From: Candidatus Krumholzibacteriota bacterium
Lineage (GTDB): Bacteria > Krumholzibacteriota > Krumholzibacteriia > JAJRXK01
Direction of reading: 5' to 3'
DNA length: 64,000 nucleotides
Assembly (NCBI GenBank): GCA_963806035.1
Contig: CAWDWO010000037.1
Span: 27,323-91,322 of the forward strand
Shown: in pieces, positions 44,139 through 54,236 of the stretch
Numbering within the stretch: position 1 is the first letter of the stretch
Layout of the letters: the number at the start of each line of letters is the position of its first letter
Position numbers and translations under genes: made by a program
The notes under the pieces: generated by a model
The model's input: the letters and a program-made list of their open reading frames with translations, nothing else
Database searches by the model: none
What the model was told of the DNA's origin: nothing

Positions 44139-47100
44139 GCGCAAGTCGCAAGAAAGTCCTCATCCTGGGCAGCGGCGCCCTGAAGATCGGTGAGGCCGGC
44201 GAGTTCGACTACTCCGGTTCGCAGGCCATCAAGGCCCTGCGCGAGGAGGGGATCAAGACCGTCCTGGTCAATCCCAACATCGCGACCATCCAGACCTCCG
44301 AGGGACTCGCCGACGAAGTCTACTTTCTCCCGGTGGATGCGGACTACGTGGAGAGAGTGATCGAGAAGGAGAAACCCGATGCGGTCCTGCTCGCCTTTGG
44401 CGGACAGACCGCTCTCAACTGCGGAATCGAACTGGAAGATCGCGGCGTTTTCGAGCGGCATGGAATCGAGGTGCTGGGGACGCCTCTGGAGACGATTCGC
44501 GTCACCGAGGATCGCGATCGCTTCGCGCAGACCTTGCGCGCTCTGGGAATGGACACCCCGCGCAGCCGCGCCGTGAGCACGGTCGAGGATGCGCTGGCCG
44601 CGGCGGCGGAGATCGGCTACCCGGTCATGGTGCGTGTCGCCTACGCTCTCGGTGGAAAGGGCTCCGGCGTCGTCCGCGATGAGGAAGCGCTGGAAGAAAT
44701 GACGCGTCAGGCGTTCACTGCGGCGCCGCAGCTTCTAGTCGAGGAGTATCTGGAAGGATGGAAGGAGATCGAGTACGAAGTCGTGCGTGACGGCTTCGAC
44801 AACTGCATCACGGTTTGCAACATGGAGAATCTGGATGCGCTCGGCATCCACACTGGTGAGAGCATCGTGGTTGCGCCCTCGCAGACGCTCAGCGACCACG
44901 ACTATCACCGCCTGCGCAGTATCTCCATCGAGCTGATTCGACATCTGGGAGTGGTGGGGGAGTGCAACGTACAGTTCGCCCTGCATCCCACGCGCGACGA
45001 GTACCGTATCATCGAGGTGAATGCACGCCTCTCGCGCAGCTCTGCGCTGGCTTCCAAGGCGACCGGGTATCCTCTGGCCTTCGTCGCCGCCAAACTGGCT
45101 CTGGGGAAATCGCTGACCGAGGTACCCAACTCCATCACCCGCGTCACTTCGAGTTGTTTCGAGCCCGCGCTGGATTATGTCGTCATCAAGATGCCCAGGT
45201 GGGATCTCAAGAAATTCCGACGTGTCTCGCACGAACTGGGCAGCGAGATGAAGAGCGTGGGCGAGGTCATGGCGATCGGCCGTAGCTTCGAGGAGGCGCT
45301 ACAGAAGGCCTGCCGCATGCTCGGTACGGGCGCGCACGGCCTGGTCAGCAACCGCATCAGCTTCGAGAACCTGGAAGAGTCGCTCCTCCATCCCACGGAA
45401 AACCGCATCTTCGCCATCGCCGAGGCCCTCTACGCCGGCATCGATCCGGAGCGTATCCACGAACTCACGCGCATCACTCCCTGGTTCATCAGTCGCATCC
45501 GCCAGATCGTAAGCACCGCGCGCGAGATGGGGGAGTATGAGCTCGAGGAGTTGCCAAGAACTCTTTTCCTGCGGGCCAAGCAAGAGGGCTTCTCCGACAA
45601 TCAGATCGCGCGCCTTCTGCGCCGCGCCGAACCCCTGGGGACCGGTTACGGCGGCAACCTCGAAGTGCGCCACCGTCGTCAGGAGCTGGGAATCCGTCCC
45701 GTGGTAAAGCAGATCGATACCCTCGCAGCCGAGTATCCGGCGCGAACGAACTACATGTATCTCACCTACAACGGCACGGAGGATGATCTCCCTGCTTCGG
45801 GTGAGGCACCCTATCTGGTGCTCGGTGGAGGCGCCTATCGCATCGGGTCTTCGGTGGAATTCGACTGGTGTTGCGTGAACGCGGCCCAGTCCCTCAAGCG
45901 CTTGGGGCATGCCGCGGTGATGATCAACTACAATCCCGAGACGGTGTCCACCGACTACGACACCTGCGACCGACTCTACTTCGAAGAGCTGTCGCTGGAG
46001 CGGGTTCTGGACATCTGCGAGAAGGAGAAGCCCCGCGGCGCCATCGTCAGTATGGGCGGGCAGATCCCCAACAAGCTGGCCATGCCCCTGGGCAAAGCGG
46101 GGATCCCTGTGCTCGGCACCTCCCCGGCGGACATCGATCGGGCCGAAAACCGCCAGCTCTTCTCCTCCTTGCTGGACGAAATGGGCGTCGATCAGCCGCG
46201 CTGGCAGGAGGCGACTTCCCTGGAAGAGGCGCTGCACTTCGCGCGGGAATCGGGCTACCCCGTGCTCGTGCGTCCTTCTTACGTATTGAGCGGCGCGGCG
46301 ATGAGCGTGGCCCACGGCGACGCCGAGCTCGAGGTGTACCTGCAGGCGGCGGCGGAGGTCTCACGCGAATTTCCCGTGGTCATCTCCAAGTTCATCATGA
46401 ACGCCAAGGAGATCGAACTGGATGGGGTGGCGAAGGACGGCGAGGTGGTCTGCTACGCCATCAGTGAGCACGTGGAAAATGCGGGCGTGCACTCCGGGGA
46501 CGCAACGATGGTCTTCCCCTCGCAGCACCTCTATCACGAGACGGTACGGCGCATCAAGAAGGTCTCGCGGAGCATCGCTCAGGCGCTGAAGATCACGGGT
46601 CCCTTCAACATTCAGTTCTTGGCGCGAGAGAACAAGTTGAAGGTGATCGAGTGCAATCTGCGCGCATCGCGCAGCTTCCCTTTCGTATCGAAGATCCTGC
46701 GCGAGAACTTCATCGACTATGCCGTGCGTTGCATGCTCGAAGAGCGTGTGGAGTCGCCCGCGAAATCCGCTTTCGAACTCGATTACGTCGGGGTGAAGGC
46801 GCCGCAGTTCAGCTTCTCGCGTCTGAAGGGAGCTGATCCGCTCTTGGGGGTGGAGATGTCCTCCACGGGAGAGGTCGCGTGTCTGGGGGACGGCCTGCAC
46901 GAGGCCTATCTGCGGGCCATGCTGGCGGTGGGATTTCGCATTCCGCGCAAGGGCGTGTTGCTCTCGACGGGTACGATCGAGGGAAAGGTGGCCTTCCTGG
47001 AGAGCGCGCGTCTTTTGCGTCAGGCAGGACTCGAGCTCTACGCAACACCGGGAACGCAGGAGTTCTTGGCCGCCTACGGCGTAGAGGCGAAGCTGCTGCA

Positions 47101-47353
47101 CGCACCGCTCGAGGCCAAAGAGCCCAGCGTGATCGAGGCAATCCGGGCCGGGCAGATCGACCTGGTGATCAACGTTCCCAAGAGCTTCCAGGCTAAAGAA
47201 CTCAACAACGACTACCTCATCCGCCGGCACGCGGTCGACTACGAGATTCCCCTCTTCACCAACATTCAGGCCGCCGTCCTCTTCGTGGCTGCCATCACCA
47301 ATCCAGAGCTGCAGGAAAAATTGCCCATGAAGGCCTGGAGCGAGTACCGCTGA
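44135..47353 (+). CDS. carB: Carbamoyl-phosphate synthase large subunit
   Basis: GEAGEFDYSGSQA, two ATP-grasp domains, IGSSVEFDWC, C-terminal MGS-like domain. Confidence 0.97.
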   Translation: MSASRKKVLILGSGALKIGEAGEFDYSGSQAIKALREEGIKTVLVNPNIATIQTSEGLADEVYFLPVDADYVERVIEKEKPDAVLLAFGGQTALNCGIELEDRGVFERHGIEVLGTPLETIRVTEDRDRFAQTLRALGMDTPRSRAVSTVEDALAAAAEIGYPVMVRVAYALGGKGSGVVRDEEALEEMTRQAFTAAPQLLVEEYLEGWKEIEYEVVRDGFDNCITVCNMENLDALGIHTGESIVVAPSQTLSDHDYHRLRSISIELIRHLGVVGECNVQFALHPTRDEYRIIEVNARLSRSSALASKATGYPLAFVAAKLALGKSLTEVPNSITRVTSSCFEPALDYVVIKMPRWDLKKFRRVSHELGSEMKSVGEVMAIGRSFEEALQKACRMLGTGAHGLVSNRISFENLEESLLHPTENRIFAIAEALYAGIDPERIHELTRITPWFISRIRQIVSTAREMGEYELEELPRTLFLRAKQEGFSDNQIARLLRRAEPLGTGYGGNLEVRHRRQELGIRPVVKQIDTLAAEYPARTNYMYLTYNGTEDDLPASGEAPYLVLGGGAYRIGSSVEFDWCCVNAAQSLKRLGHAAVMINYNPETVSTDYDTCDRLYFEELSLERVLDICEKEKPRGAIVSMGGQIPNKLAMPLGKAGIPVLGTSPADIDRAENRQLFSSLLDEMGVDQPRWQEATSLEEALHFARESGYPVLVRPSYVLSGAAMSVAHGDAELEVYLQAAAEVSREFPVVISKFIMNAKEIELDGVAKDGEVVCYAISEHVENAGVHSGDATMVFPSQHLYHETVRRIKKVSRSIAQALKITGPFNIQFLARENKLKVIECNLRASRSFPFVSKILRENFIDYAVRCMLEERVESPAKSAFELDYVGVKAPQFSFSRLKGADPLLGVEMSSTGEVACLGDGLHEAYLRAMLAVGFRIPRKGVLLSTGTIEGKVAFLESARLLRQAGLELYATPGTQEFLAAYGVEAKLLHAPLEAKEPSVIEAIRAGQIDLVINVPKSFQAKELNNDYLIRRHAVDYEIPLFTNIQAAVLFVAAITNPELQEKLPMKAWSEYR

Positions 47354-47366
47354 CTCCAGTTCGCGC

Positions 47367-48374
47367 TCAGAAGCTCACCGAGAGAGCAAGGGATCCGAAG
47401 GTATCGACTCCGTTCTGCCCTTTGAATTCAGCGCTGCGCCACACGGTGGTGAAGTTGCCGTGGAAGGGGCCGAGCGTGGCGGCCAGGCCCGTCTGCAAGT
47501 CCGCAACCAGGAAGCGCTTGTCCACGCTGGGACTCTGAACCAGCGTGTTGCCGTCGAGGAAGATGTTGTGCAGCACCGCATCCACTCCCGTACCCGCAAA
47601 AAGATACCAGTGGAGTTTGGGGGAAGGATGGAAGAGCCCCGCGAAGCAGTGGCCGGGGCGCATACCGATCGGGCCGTCGTCGAATGCGAGATCATTACCC
47701 AGTCTCAGCACTCCTCCGCCCGATCCTTGTACGAGGACGTTGCCCAGGGCTAGGCCGGCGTAGGGTCTGAGATCCGCTCGCAGAGTTCCTGCCAGGGGCA
47801 GGACGACTCTTGCGGCTCTGGTGCGCCACTTCCGCTCCGCGGTCAGCAAAATCGCGAACTCGTCAGCCAGCTGGTGGTCCCAACCTTCCGGCGGAGGTGT
47901 GCCGAATTGACGGTGCATCCAGCGCTGCACCTCCTTGCCTCGGGCATGCGGTCCCACGAGCCCCAAGGAGAGTTCGAACACGTCGAAGTGCCTGCCGTCA
48001 TCGGCCAGCAGTCCGGCCGAGGCGTAGAGCCAGCCCGCGTAGGGCCGGTCATCAGGAGGAGGATCGGGCTCGAAGATCTTCTCCGGCGTGTAGATGCTTT
48101 GGCCCAGGGCGAGGCCGGCGCGCAGCGAGGCCGCATCATCGAGGAGGGGGAGAAGGCGGGCGAGTCCTCGAGCAAGAGCGGGGACTCGATTCTCTCCGCT
48201 CAGATAGGCCAGATGAAACCCATTGGTGTAGTGACGGTCGTCGTGGCCCGTGGTGAGAGCATCGTTGTCCCACTGGGCGCTGAGGAGGCCAGAATTCGTC
48301 TCTGAAGCTGCAGGTGTGCTCTGTCCTGCGAGTAGCCAGAGACAGAGCGCGGCACCTAGGAAAAGACGATGCAC
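47367..48374 (-). CDS. lpxR: Lipid A 3'-O-deacylase LpxR-family outer membrane protein
   Basis: DND....DRHYTNG, GQSIYTP, DRPYAGWLY, NIFLDGN. Confidence 0.85.
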   Translation of the reverse strand: MHRLFLGAALCLWLLAGQSTPAASETNSGLLSAQWDNDALTTGHDDRHYTNGFHLAYLSGENRVPALARGLARLLPLLDDAASLRAGLALGQSIYTPEKIFEPDPPPDDRPYAGWLYASAGLLADDGRHFDVFELSLGLVGPHARGKEVQRWMHRQFGTPPPEGWDHQLADEFAILLTAERKWRTRAARVVLPLAGTLRADLRPYAGLALGNVLVQGSGGGVLRLGNDLAFDDGPIGMRPGHCFAGLFHPSPKLHWYLFAGTGVDAVLHNIFLDGNTLVQSPSVDKRFLVADLQTGLAATLGPFHGNFTTVWRSAEFKGQNGVDTFGSLALSVSF

Positions 48375-48417
48375 GAGGTACTCCCAGCCGGTCGCCTGCG
48401 CGGGATGGGTTCACCCA

Positions 48418-48520
48418 CGATTTCAGCGGAGCCATCGAGAGGGTCCAGCTGAATAGTCCCGCCACCATCTGGTAGAAATACACACCAGAGGCCTGCGGAT
48501 GTCCAGACGCATCGGCCTTT
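48418..48520 (-). pseudogene. Orphan remnant of an FlgD-Ig/T9SS-like C-terminal domain
   Basis: Translates as DASGHPQASGVYFYQMVAGLFSWTLSMAPLK, matching the tails of the CTD proteins ending at 11097 and 40695. Confidence 0.6.
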
Positions 48521-48712
48521 ATTGAATGGTTTTTTTCCACCCCAATTCTTCATGCAGTTTCACTTGTCGCGAGCCCTCAGAGTGCTACTCTGGCGCTCTC
48601 ACGACCGACGGACGTCGCCCCCTATCGGTGCATCCCCCCTCGTCCGAGCGTTCAGCATCCGCCGGTTCATTTCGCTGCACGATGGGCTCCAATCGAACCC
48701 CAAATCTCGCCA

Positions 48713-51316
48713 TTGGAGGAGGTTGTCTTGAGGACTTCCCGCGTCATCGGCTTGTGCTGTCTACTGGTGGCCTCGCTGATTCTATGGACCGGCTGCGGAA
48801 ACGATCGCAATCCCGATCTCGTCACTCCGCAGCCAACTTCTCAATCACTCGAAAACACGGGCTTACAGAATTCGGTGCCGGCTGGTTACTACGACACCGT
48901 GGATCTGACCAACGCGACCACTTTGCGCAACTCCCTGCACAACATCATCAAGGATCACGTGCGCTACCCCTACACTTCGACCAGCACGGATACCTGGGAT
49001 ATCCTCGAGCAGGCCGACGAGGATCCCAACAACCCCAACAACATCCTCGACCTGTATCGTAATGCGAGTTATCCCAAACAGGGCGGGGGCAACACCTACT
49101 ACCAGCGTGAACACACCTGGCCCAAGTCCTACGGATTCCCCAACGACAATTCGACAAACTTCCCCTACACCGACTGTCATCATCTCTTCCTGTGCGACGG
49201 TGGCTACAACGCGGCGCGCAGCAACAAACCTTTCCGCTTCTGTGATGCGGGTTGCACTGAGGAGCCGACGCTGTTGACCAATGGGGTCGGGGGTGGAAGT
49301 GGCGTGTATCCCGGCAACTCGGACTGGACGAGTGGCTCTTACACTCAGGGGACCTGGGAGGTGTGGCAGGACCGTCGCGGCGATGTGGCGCGCGCGATGT
49401 TCTACATGGACGTGCGCTACGAGGGCGGTATCAACGGCAACACCGGGACGGCCGAACCCGATCTGATTCTGACCGACGACGAGAATCTGATCGACGCTTC
49501 CAATACCGGCAGCAACGAGAGCGTGGGCTACATGGGCATGCTCACGGTGCTCTTGGAGTGGAACCAAGAGGATCCCGTCGACGCCAAGGAAGAGCACAAG
49601 AACGACGTGGTCTACAGCTACCAGGGCAATCGCAATCCCTTCGTGGATCATCCCGAGTGGGTCGCTTGCGTCTTCGGCGGCAACTGCTCCGGCGGTGGGG
49701 ATGTCACGCCTCCGGCGGCTCCCACGGGACTTTTGGCCAGTGCGGGTGACGGCATCGTTGATCTCGACTGGGCCGACAACACCGAGGGCGATCTCGATGG
49801 CTATCACGTCTACCGGGCGACGGCGGCGAGCGGACCGTTCAGCCGCATCGACGCCTCACTGCTCTCTAGCAGCAACTACCAGGATAGTGGACTCAGCAAT
49901 GGGACGACCTATTACTACCGGGTGACCGCGGTCGATCTCACGGGCAACGAGTCCGCGACCAGCTCCACCGCGAGCGCCACGCCTCAGGGCAGTGGCAGCG
50001 GCGGGGGCATCGCCTGGATCAACGAGTTCCACTATGACAACTCGAGCACGGACACCGGCGAATTCGTGGAGATCGCGGGTAGCGCGGGCACGAACCTCTC
50101 GGGCTGGTCCGTGGTGGGCTACAACGGCAACGGTGGCGGCACCTATGACACGATCGCACTTTCGGGCACGCTTCCCGATCAGTCTTCCGGTTTCGGGACT
50201 CTGAGCTTCGCCTTCGTGGGCATGCAGAACGGTTCACCTGATGGTCTCGCCCTCGTCGACGCGAGTAACCAGGTGGTGGAGTTCCTGAGCTACGAGGGGA
50301 CCCTCACCGCCACCGACGGCCCGGCCGTCGGCATGAGTTCGACCGACGTGGGCGTCAGTGAGGATAGTGGGACGCCAGTCGGTGACTCCCTACAGAGGAC
50401 GGGCAGTGGAACCACGGCAAACGAGTTCAGCTGGACTGGCCCCTTGGCCGAGAGTCCGGGTCAGGTCAATGCTGGCCAGGACTTCGGCGGACCGCCCCCC
50501 GACACCACACCCCCGGCCGCGCCCTCCGCACTGGTCGCTACCGCCGGTGATGGCGTGGTCGATCTGGACTGGGCCGACAATACCGAGGGGGACCTCGATG
50601 GCTACAATGTGTTGCGTTCCACCAGCTCCGGTGGCGGCTACACCGTTCTCAACGGAAGCCTGCTTGCCTCGAGCCTCTACAGCGACACTTCGGTGAGTAA
50701 CGGGACGACCTATTACTACGTGGTGCAGGCGGTCGATCTCGTCGGCAACGCATCGGCGTACAGCAGCGAGGTCAGTGCCCTGCCCGAAGCTCCGGCACCG
50801 GTAGCTTGGATCAACGAATTCCACTACGACAACCGCAAGACCGACCGCAACGAGTTCGTGGAAGTCGCGGGCAATGCGGGGCTGAATCTGAGCGGTTGGA
50901 CGCTGGTGGGTTACAACGGAGCGAACGGTTCTGCTTACGACACCATTTCGCTCTCCGGTACAGTTCCCAACGAGCAGAATGGATTCGGAACGCTGGCCTT
51001 CGACTTTACCGGTCTGCAGAATGGCTCACCGGACGGCATCGCGCTGGTGGATGACACCGGTACGGTGGTGGAGTTCCTGAGTTATGAGGGCAGCTTCAGT
51101 GCCAGTGATGGACCCGCCAGCGGAATGAGCTCGACCGATGTGGGTGTGAGCGAGGATGGCTCGACCGGAAATCACGACTCGCTACAACGCGTGGGTACGG
51201 GGCAGCAGGGGAGCGATTTCTCCTGGACTGGTCCGACTTCCTCCAGCGCGGGACTGATCAACAGCGGGCAGACTTTCTCGAGTCAGCAACTCACGATGAC
51301 GATCGACAATCGATGA
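48713..51316 (+). CDS. Extracellular endonuclease I-family lipoprotein with two FN3 + lamin-tail-like domain blocks
   Basis: Lipobox WTGC; QREHTWPKSYG, TDCHHL, RGDVARAMFYMDVRY, QGNRNPFVDHPE; duplicated 'DTTPPAAP..' and 'WINEFHYDN' blocks. Confidence 0.88.
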   Translation: MEEVVLRTSRVIGLCCLLVASLILWTGCGNDRNPDLVTPQPTSQSLENTGLQNSVPAGYYDTVDLTNATTLRNSLHNIIKDHVRYPYTSTSTDTWDILEQADEDPNNPNNILDLYRNASYPKQGGGNTYYQREHTWPKSYGFPNDNSTNFPYTDCHHLFLCDGGYNAARSNKPFRFCDAGCTEEPTLLTNGVGGGSGVYPGNSDWTSGSYTQGTWEVWQDRRGDVARAMFYMDVRYEGGINGNTGTAEPDLILTDDENLIDASNTGSNESVGYMGMLTVLLEWNQEDPVDAKEEHKNDVVYSYQGNRNPFVDHPEWVACVFGGNCSGGGDVTPPAAPTGLLASAGDGIVDLDWADNTEGDLDGYHVYRATAASGPFSRIDASLLSSSNYQDSGLSNGTTYYYRVTAVDLTGNESATSSTASATPQGSGSGGGIAWINEFHYDNSSTDTGEFVEIAGSAGTNLSGWSVVGYNGNGGGTYDTIALSGTLPDQSSGFGTLSFAFVGMQNGSPDGLALVDASNQVVEFLSYEGTLTATDGPAVGMSSTDVGVSEDSGTPVGDSLQRTGSGTTANEFSWTGPLAESPGQVNAGQDFGGPPPDTTPPAAPSALVATAGDGVVDLDWADNTEGDLDGYNVLRSTSSGGGYTVLNGSLLASSLYSDTSVSNGTTYYYVVQAVDLVGNASAYSSEVSALPEAPAPVAWINEFHYDNRKTDRNEFVEVAGNAGLNLSGWTLVGYNGANGSAYDTISLSGTVPNEQNGFGTLAFDFTGLQNGSPDGIALVDDTGTVVEFLSYEGSFSASDGPASGMSSTDVGVSEDGSTGNHDSLQRVGTGQQGSDFSWTGPTSSSAGLINSGQTFSSQQLTMTIDNR

Positions 51317-51444
51317 GCTAAACGAGACACGGAGCGCTTTGCCCCGCGCCGCGAAGATCGGTGGCCTCGTCCGCAAGGGCGGGGCCATCGATTCAATCCT
51401 CTCAAAGATTCGACAATTGGGGCAATTTGCATTAGTTTCCCGCC

Positions 51445-52038
51445 ATGTCTGAAACACCTGTACATGTTCTGGCCGTCAGCGGGAGCCTCCATGAGAGGTC
51501 CGTGACTCTCAGTGTCCTCTCTGAGATTGCCGATGGTCTGCGCGATGTCGGATGCACCGTCGATCTCCTCGATCTGCGCGAGGAGCCGTTGCCGCTCTTC
51601 GATCCCGACACGGCCTACGAAGAGCCAGCGTACGAGCGGGCCAGAGAGCGAGTGTTGAAGGCCGATGTCTTCATTCTGGCAACTCCTGATTACCATGGAA
51701 GCCCCAGCGGCGTGCTCAAGAACTTCCTCGATCATTTCTGGCGTGAGTTCAGTGGCAAATTGATCGCGACCGTGGTCGCTTCCCACGAGAAGGGACTCAC
51801 CGTCACTGATCATCTACGTACCATCGCGCGGCAATGCTACGCCTGGACACTGCCCTATGGCGTGTCGTTCAACGGACGCGTGGATCTGAAGGATGGACGC
51901 ATCGCCAGCGAAGCACTCGAAAAGCGCGTAGAGATGCTGGTCCACGACCTCAGGATATACGGCCGACTCTTGGCCCAGCAACGTGCGGCTGACCTCGCCG
52001 GAAAGAATCCGGGTTTTCTCGCACGTCTGCGGAAGTAG
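51445..52038 (+). CDS. NADPH-dependent FMN reductase family protein
   Basis: VSGSL...ATPDYHGSPSGVLKNFLD. Confidence 0.88.
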   Translation: MSETPVHVLAVSGSLHERSVTLSVLSEIADGLRDVGCTVDLLDLREEPLPLFDPDTAYEEPAYERARERVLKADVFILATPDYHGSPSGVLKNFLDHFWREFSGKLIATVVASHEKGLTVTDHLRTIARQCYAWTLPYGVSFNGRVDLKDGRIASEALEKRVEMLVHDLRIYGRLLAQQRAADLAGKNPGFLARLRK

Positions 52039-52045
52039 AACAACC

Positions 52046-52825
52046 GTGGGCGCAACTCGACGATTGGCGGCGACCGTCGTCACGGCAAGCTTGACGCTCC
52101 TCTGTCTGAGCATCCGTGCCCAAGCTCTCGATACTACAGAACCCTATGGCGAGCGCGTGGTCGACGCTGAATATTACCTGGGCTACGGCGGGGTGGGACT
52201 CGCGCCGGTCGAGCGAGAGCTTTCCCACGAATTCATTTTGGGCTACGGCGTGGGAGAATGGGGGTCCGTCTATCTGGGGAGCAACCTCACGAGCGACCAG
52301 CGGGATTTCGCCACGGACACGGATCTGCTGACCGGAGTCATGGTGACGGTCCTGGATGGCTCGCATCTCGACCTGGACTTGATGTTGGATCTCGGCGCAC
52401 CCAGCCACGATCTCAAGGCGCTGCGTTGGGCGCCCTCGATCGAGCTCAACTACGATGAGGATCCCGACATGGCAAGTTGGGGGGTGTACTTGCGAGCGGG
52501 CATCGAGGGGCGAAGAGAGCGTGGTGAATTCGAGAGGGACGCGCGGTTGTGGCACCAGAGAACCGACTTTGGCGTGAATCCGGGCGCCTACCTGCGAGTG
52601 TCCGAACGCCACGAGCTACTCATCGAGTACGATCAGACCATCGCTCTGGGGGAAGGCCGAGCCGCGGATGAAAACGGCTCCGGAATCGGGCTGGGCTTCA
52701 ATCTTCTGCTCTCGGACACCGTCGAGCTCATCAGCCAGATCCACCGCGATTTTCCACGCTCTGGAAATCGGGCTCGCTACGGTTTGAGCGTGGGTTTCAT
52801 CGCCACACTACCTACCGGACCCTAA
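52046..52825 (+). CDS. Hypothetical exported (beta-barrel-like) protein
   Basis: Signal peptide ending AQA and amphipathic strands. Confidence 0.55.
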   Translation: MGATRRLAATVVTASLTLLCLSIRAQALDTTEPYGERVVDAEYYLGYGGVGLAPVERELSHEFILGYGVGEWGSVYLGSNLTSDQRDFATDTDLLTGVMVTVLDGSHLDLDLMLDLGAPSHDLKALRWAPSIELNYDEDPDMASWGVYLRAGIEGRRERGEFERDARLWHQRTDFGVNPGAYLRVSERHELLIEYDQTIALGEGRAADENGSGIGLGFNLLLSDTVELISQIHRDFPRSGNRARYGLSVGFIATLPTGP

Positions 52826-52851
52826 GCGCCTCATTGAAAGTTCCCCTTTGA

Positions 52852-53535
52852 TCATTGCTCCTGCAACTGGATGGGAGGAACTTGTCCGCGTGTGTCTCCC
52901 GAGAGTGAGGCGATCCAGCCGATTCGTCCTAACGGAATGGTCTGGCTTGCCGGTATCGACGTACCGTTCGACCAGGTTTCGGGAACCGTGAAGCTGAGGG
53001 AAAAACCGCGCAGCTCGTCACCCGCCGACAACCCCGTCGCTCTCCACTCCGCGTACATACTGTCACAATTGCCTGTGGGGCTCTTGCCGCGAAGATTGAC
53101 CTTCGGATACTGAATGGTCTGCCAGTCACCCCGCATCGAGATCGTCGGTGCAGTCTGTACCACAAGGTCCGTACTTCCACCCAGGATGGTCCCTGCCACT
53201 TGTAAGACTACTTCAGGAGGTATGTTGCTGGTGACGACGAGGGCGGGCGACAGAGTGATTCCGATGCTGATCTGATCCCCCGGGGACACGTTCTCGATGT
53301 TCGCGAGAGACAGATCGACGCCACCGTAGTAGTCGGTTTGGTCAGGCTTCGGTCCGATATAATCCGCGCCAGTGCTCCAGTCGGCGGTATGAATAGTCGC
53401 GTAGACGCAGTGTACGTTCTCGTTACCGCAGGTATTGCTTCCTTCAGTTGGACTATTGCTGTCCGAGCAGGCGGAGAGCAGGAAGCCGGTGGAAAGAAGA
53501 AGTACGAACCCGAGGCGAACCGGAAGCTGCTTCAT
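52852..53535 (-). CDS. Hypothetical lipoprotein, paralog B
   Basis: Lipobox LSAC; colinear similarity to the upstream paralog; RBS AAGGAG. Confidence 0.75.
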   Translation of the reverse strand: MKQLPVRLGFVLLLSTGFLLSACSDSNSPTEGSNTCGNENVHCVYATIHTADWSTGADYIGPKPDQTDYYGGVDLSLANIENVSPGDQISIGITLSPALVVTSNIPPEVVLQVAGTILGGSTDLVVQTAPTISMRGDWQTIQYPKVNLRGKSPTGNCDSMYAEWRATGLSAGDELRGFSLSFTVPETWSNGTSIPASQTIPLGRIGWIASLSGDTRGQVPPIQLQEQ

Positions 53536-53552
53536 TGTGAGTCTCCTTTGGA

Positions 53553-54236
53553 TCACTGTGTCTTGAGCTGGATGGGAGGAACTTGTCCGCGTGTGTCTCC
53601 CGAGAAGCTTACCCCCCAGCCGAAGCGATCCAGTGGCATCGTTTGGTTGGGTTCGAACGGCGTTCCGTCCGACCACTTCTCGGGAATGGTAAATTGGAAT
53701 GTGACTCCCCGGAGCTCATCGCCTTCTGAAAGTTCGTTGATGCTCCCGGAGGCATAGAACGACGAGAGTAAACCTGTCGCGTTATCTCCCCTCAAGGTCA
53801 CACTTGTGCTTGCGATCGTCGTCCAATCTCCTTGCAAGGTCAGTGTCAATCCAGGACGTGCTGTAATATTCTCACTTCTCGTTGTAAGAGAACCCCCGAA
53901 CCCTATGACAGCCTTTGGCGGAACGCTGCTGGTGATCACGAGCGCAGGAGACAGTTTGATGCTCAAGTTGATCTCGTCTCCTGGGGAGACGTTCTCGAGG
54001 TCGGGAATCGAGAGTGTGGCAGTCCCGTAATAGTCTGTACCGTCGAGAGGAGGATCGAAGTATTCAACTCCGGTGCTCCAGTCGGCTGCGTGGACGGTCG
54101 CATACGCGCAGTGCACGTTTTCCTCGCCGCAGTTCCCGCCGCCGGCAGTGGGACTCTTGCTGTCCGAGCAGGAACCGATTGCGGCAAGGGCGGCCAAACA
54201 TGCAAGGGCGCGCAAGGCTGTCGCGAGGCGATTCAT
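53553..54236 (-). CDS. Hypothetical lipoprotein, paralog A
   Basis: Lipobox IGSC; CG.ENVHC.YAT.H.ADWSTG and C-terminal SGDTRGQVPPIQL shared with paralog B. Confidence 0.75.
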   Translation of the reverse strand: MNRLATALRALACLAALAAIGSCSDSKSPTAGGGNCGEENVHCAYATVHAADWSTGVEYFDPPLDGTDYYGTATLSIPDLENVSPGDEINLSIKLSPALVITSSVPPKAVIGFGGSLTTRSENITARPGLTLTLQGDWTTIASTSVTLRGDNATGLLSSFYASGSINELSEGDELRGVTFQFTIPEKWSDGTPFEPNQTMPLDRFGWGVSFSGDTRGQVPPIQLKTQ

